DNA of 64,000 bases from Eledone cirrhosa (Eukaryota), in NCBI GenBank assembly GCA_964016885.1, contig OZ024742.1, forward strand, positions 289,602,001 to 289,666,000, given 5' to 3'. Below, piece by piece: positions 63,201 to 64,000 of this stretch (its first letter is position 1; every line of letters starts with the position of its first letter). A program made the position numbers and the translations under genes. Under the pieces are notes generated by a model. That model was not told the origin of the DNA and searched no databases. It saw only the letters and a program-made list of their open reading frames with translations.

Positions 63201-64000
63201 AGTGAGACAGTGGCAGTGATTGTAGAGGATGTTATGTGGCAGTGAGACAGTGGCAGTGATTGTAGAGGATGTTATGTGGCAGTGAGACAGTGGCAGTGAT
63301 TGTAGAGGATGTTATGTGGTAGTGAGACAGTGGCAGTGATTGTAGAGGATGTTATGTGGCAGTGAGACAGTGGCAGTGATTGTAGAGGATTTTATGTGGT
63401 AGTGAGACAGTGGCAGTGATTGTAGAGGATGTTATGTGGCAGTGAGACAGTGGCAGTGATTGTAGAGCATGTTATGTGGCAGTGAGACGGTGGCAGTGAT
63501 TGTAGAGGATGTTATGTGGTAGTGAGACAGTGGCAGTGATTGTAGAGGATGTTATGTGGTAGTGAGACAGTGGCAGTGATTGTAGAGGATGTTATGTGGT
63601 AGTGAGACAGTGGCAGTGATTGTAGAGCATGTTATGTGGCAGTGAGACAGTGGCAGTGATTGTAGAGGATGTTATGTGGTAGTGAGACAGTGGCAGTGAT
63701 TGTAGAGGATGTTATGTGGTAGTGAGACGGTGGCAGTGATTGTAGAGGATGTTATGTGGTAGTGAGACAGTGGCAGTGATTGTAGAGGATGTTATGTGGT
63801 AGTGAGACAGTGGCAGTGATTGTAGGGGATGTTATGTGGTAGTGAGACAGTGGCAGTGATAGTAGAGGATGTTATGTGGTAGTGAGACAGTGGCAGTGAT
63901 TGTAGAGGATGTTATGTGGTAGTGAGACAGTGGCAGTGATTGTAGAGGATGTTATGTGGTAGTGAGACAGTGGCAGTGATTGTAGAGGATGTTATGTGGC
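9221..64000 (+). repeat. 40-bp tandem satellite array, right arm (continues beyond window end)
   Basis: Same monomer and orientation, about 1,370 copies. Includes eight 26-bp deletion monomers and multi-kb block duplications recognisable from SNP series. Confidence 0.99.

Noticed and set aside
1-64000. CRISPR array with an RT gene, or retron/DGR-like system
   Set aside because: Repeats are contiguous with no unique spacers and there are no cas genes or TR/VR pair. The RT has eukaryotic non-LTR motifs, an APE remnant, a tail and a TSD.
9221-64000. A single regular higher-order repeat, telomeric repeat or G-quadruplex array
   Set aside because: Duplication periods vary (17, 26, 37, 50, 105, 108 monomers). 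There is no TTAGGG-type unit and the consensus has only GG runs.

Overview
Eukaryotic satellite DNA. About 61 kb of the 64 kb window is one head-to-tail array of a 40-bp monomer (consensus GYAGTGAGACAGTGGCAGTGATTGTAGAGGATGTTATGTG, roughly 1,530 copies, same orientation throughout). It is interrupted once, at 6440-9220, by a 5'-truncated, minus-strand non-LTR retrotransposon of RTE type. The element has a (TGA)n tail, a 4-bp TTGT target-site duplication and an uninterrupted reading frame of 826 codons (9224->6744, longer than the ORF track shows). That frame covers the C-terminal end of an APE endonuclease, a complete reverse transcriptase and a C4HC3 PHD-type zinc finger embedded between the RT core and the thumb, which is the most unusual feature of the window. 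Rare SNPs in the monomers show nested block duplications (680, 1040, ~1480, 2000, 4200, 4306 bp) rather than one fixed higher-order repeat. Uninterrupted paralogous copies of the insertion site lie inside the window. A zone of private 1-2 bp indels at ~39-48 kb looks like consensus error. There are no host genes, RNA genes or CRISPR arrays. The element's 3' end and finger motif remind me of cephalopod (octopus) LINEs, but that is recollection and was not verified.
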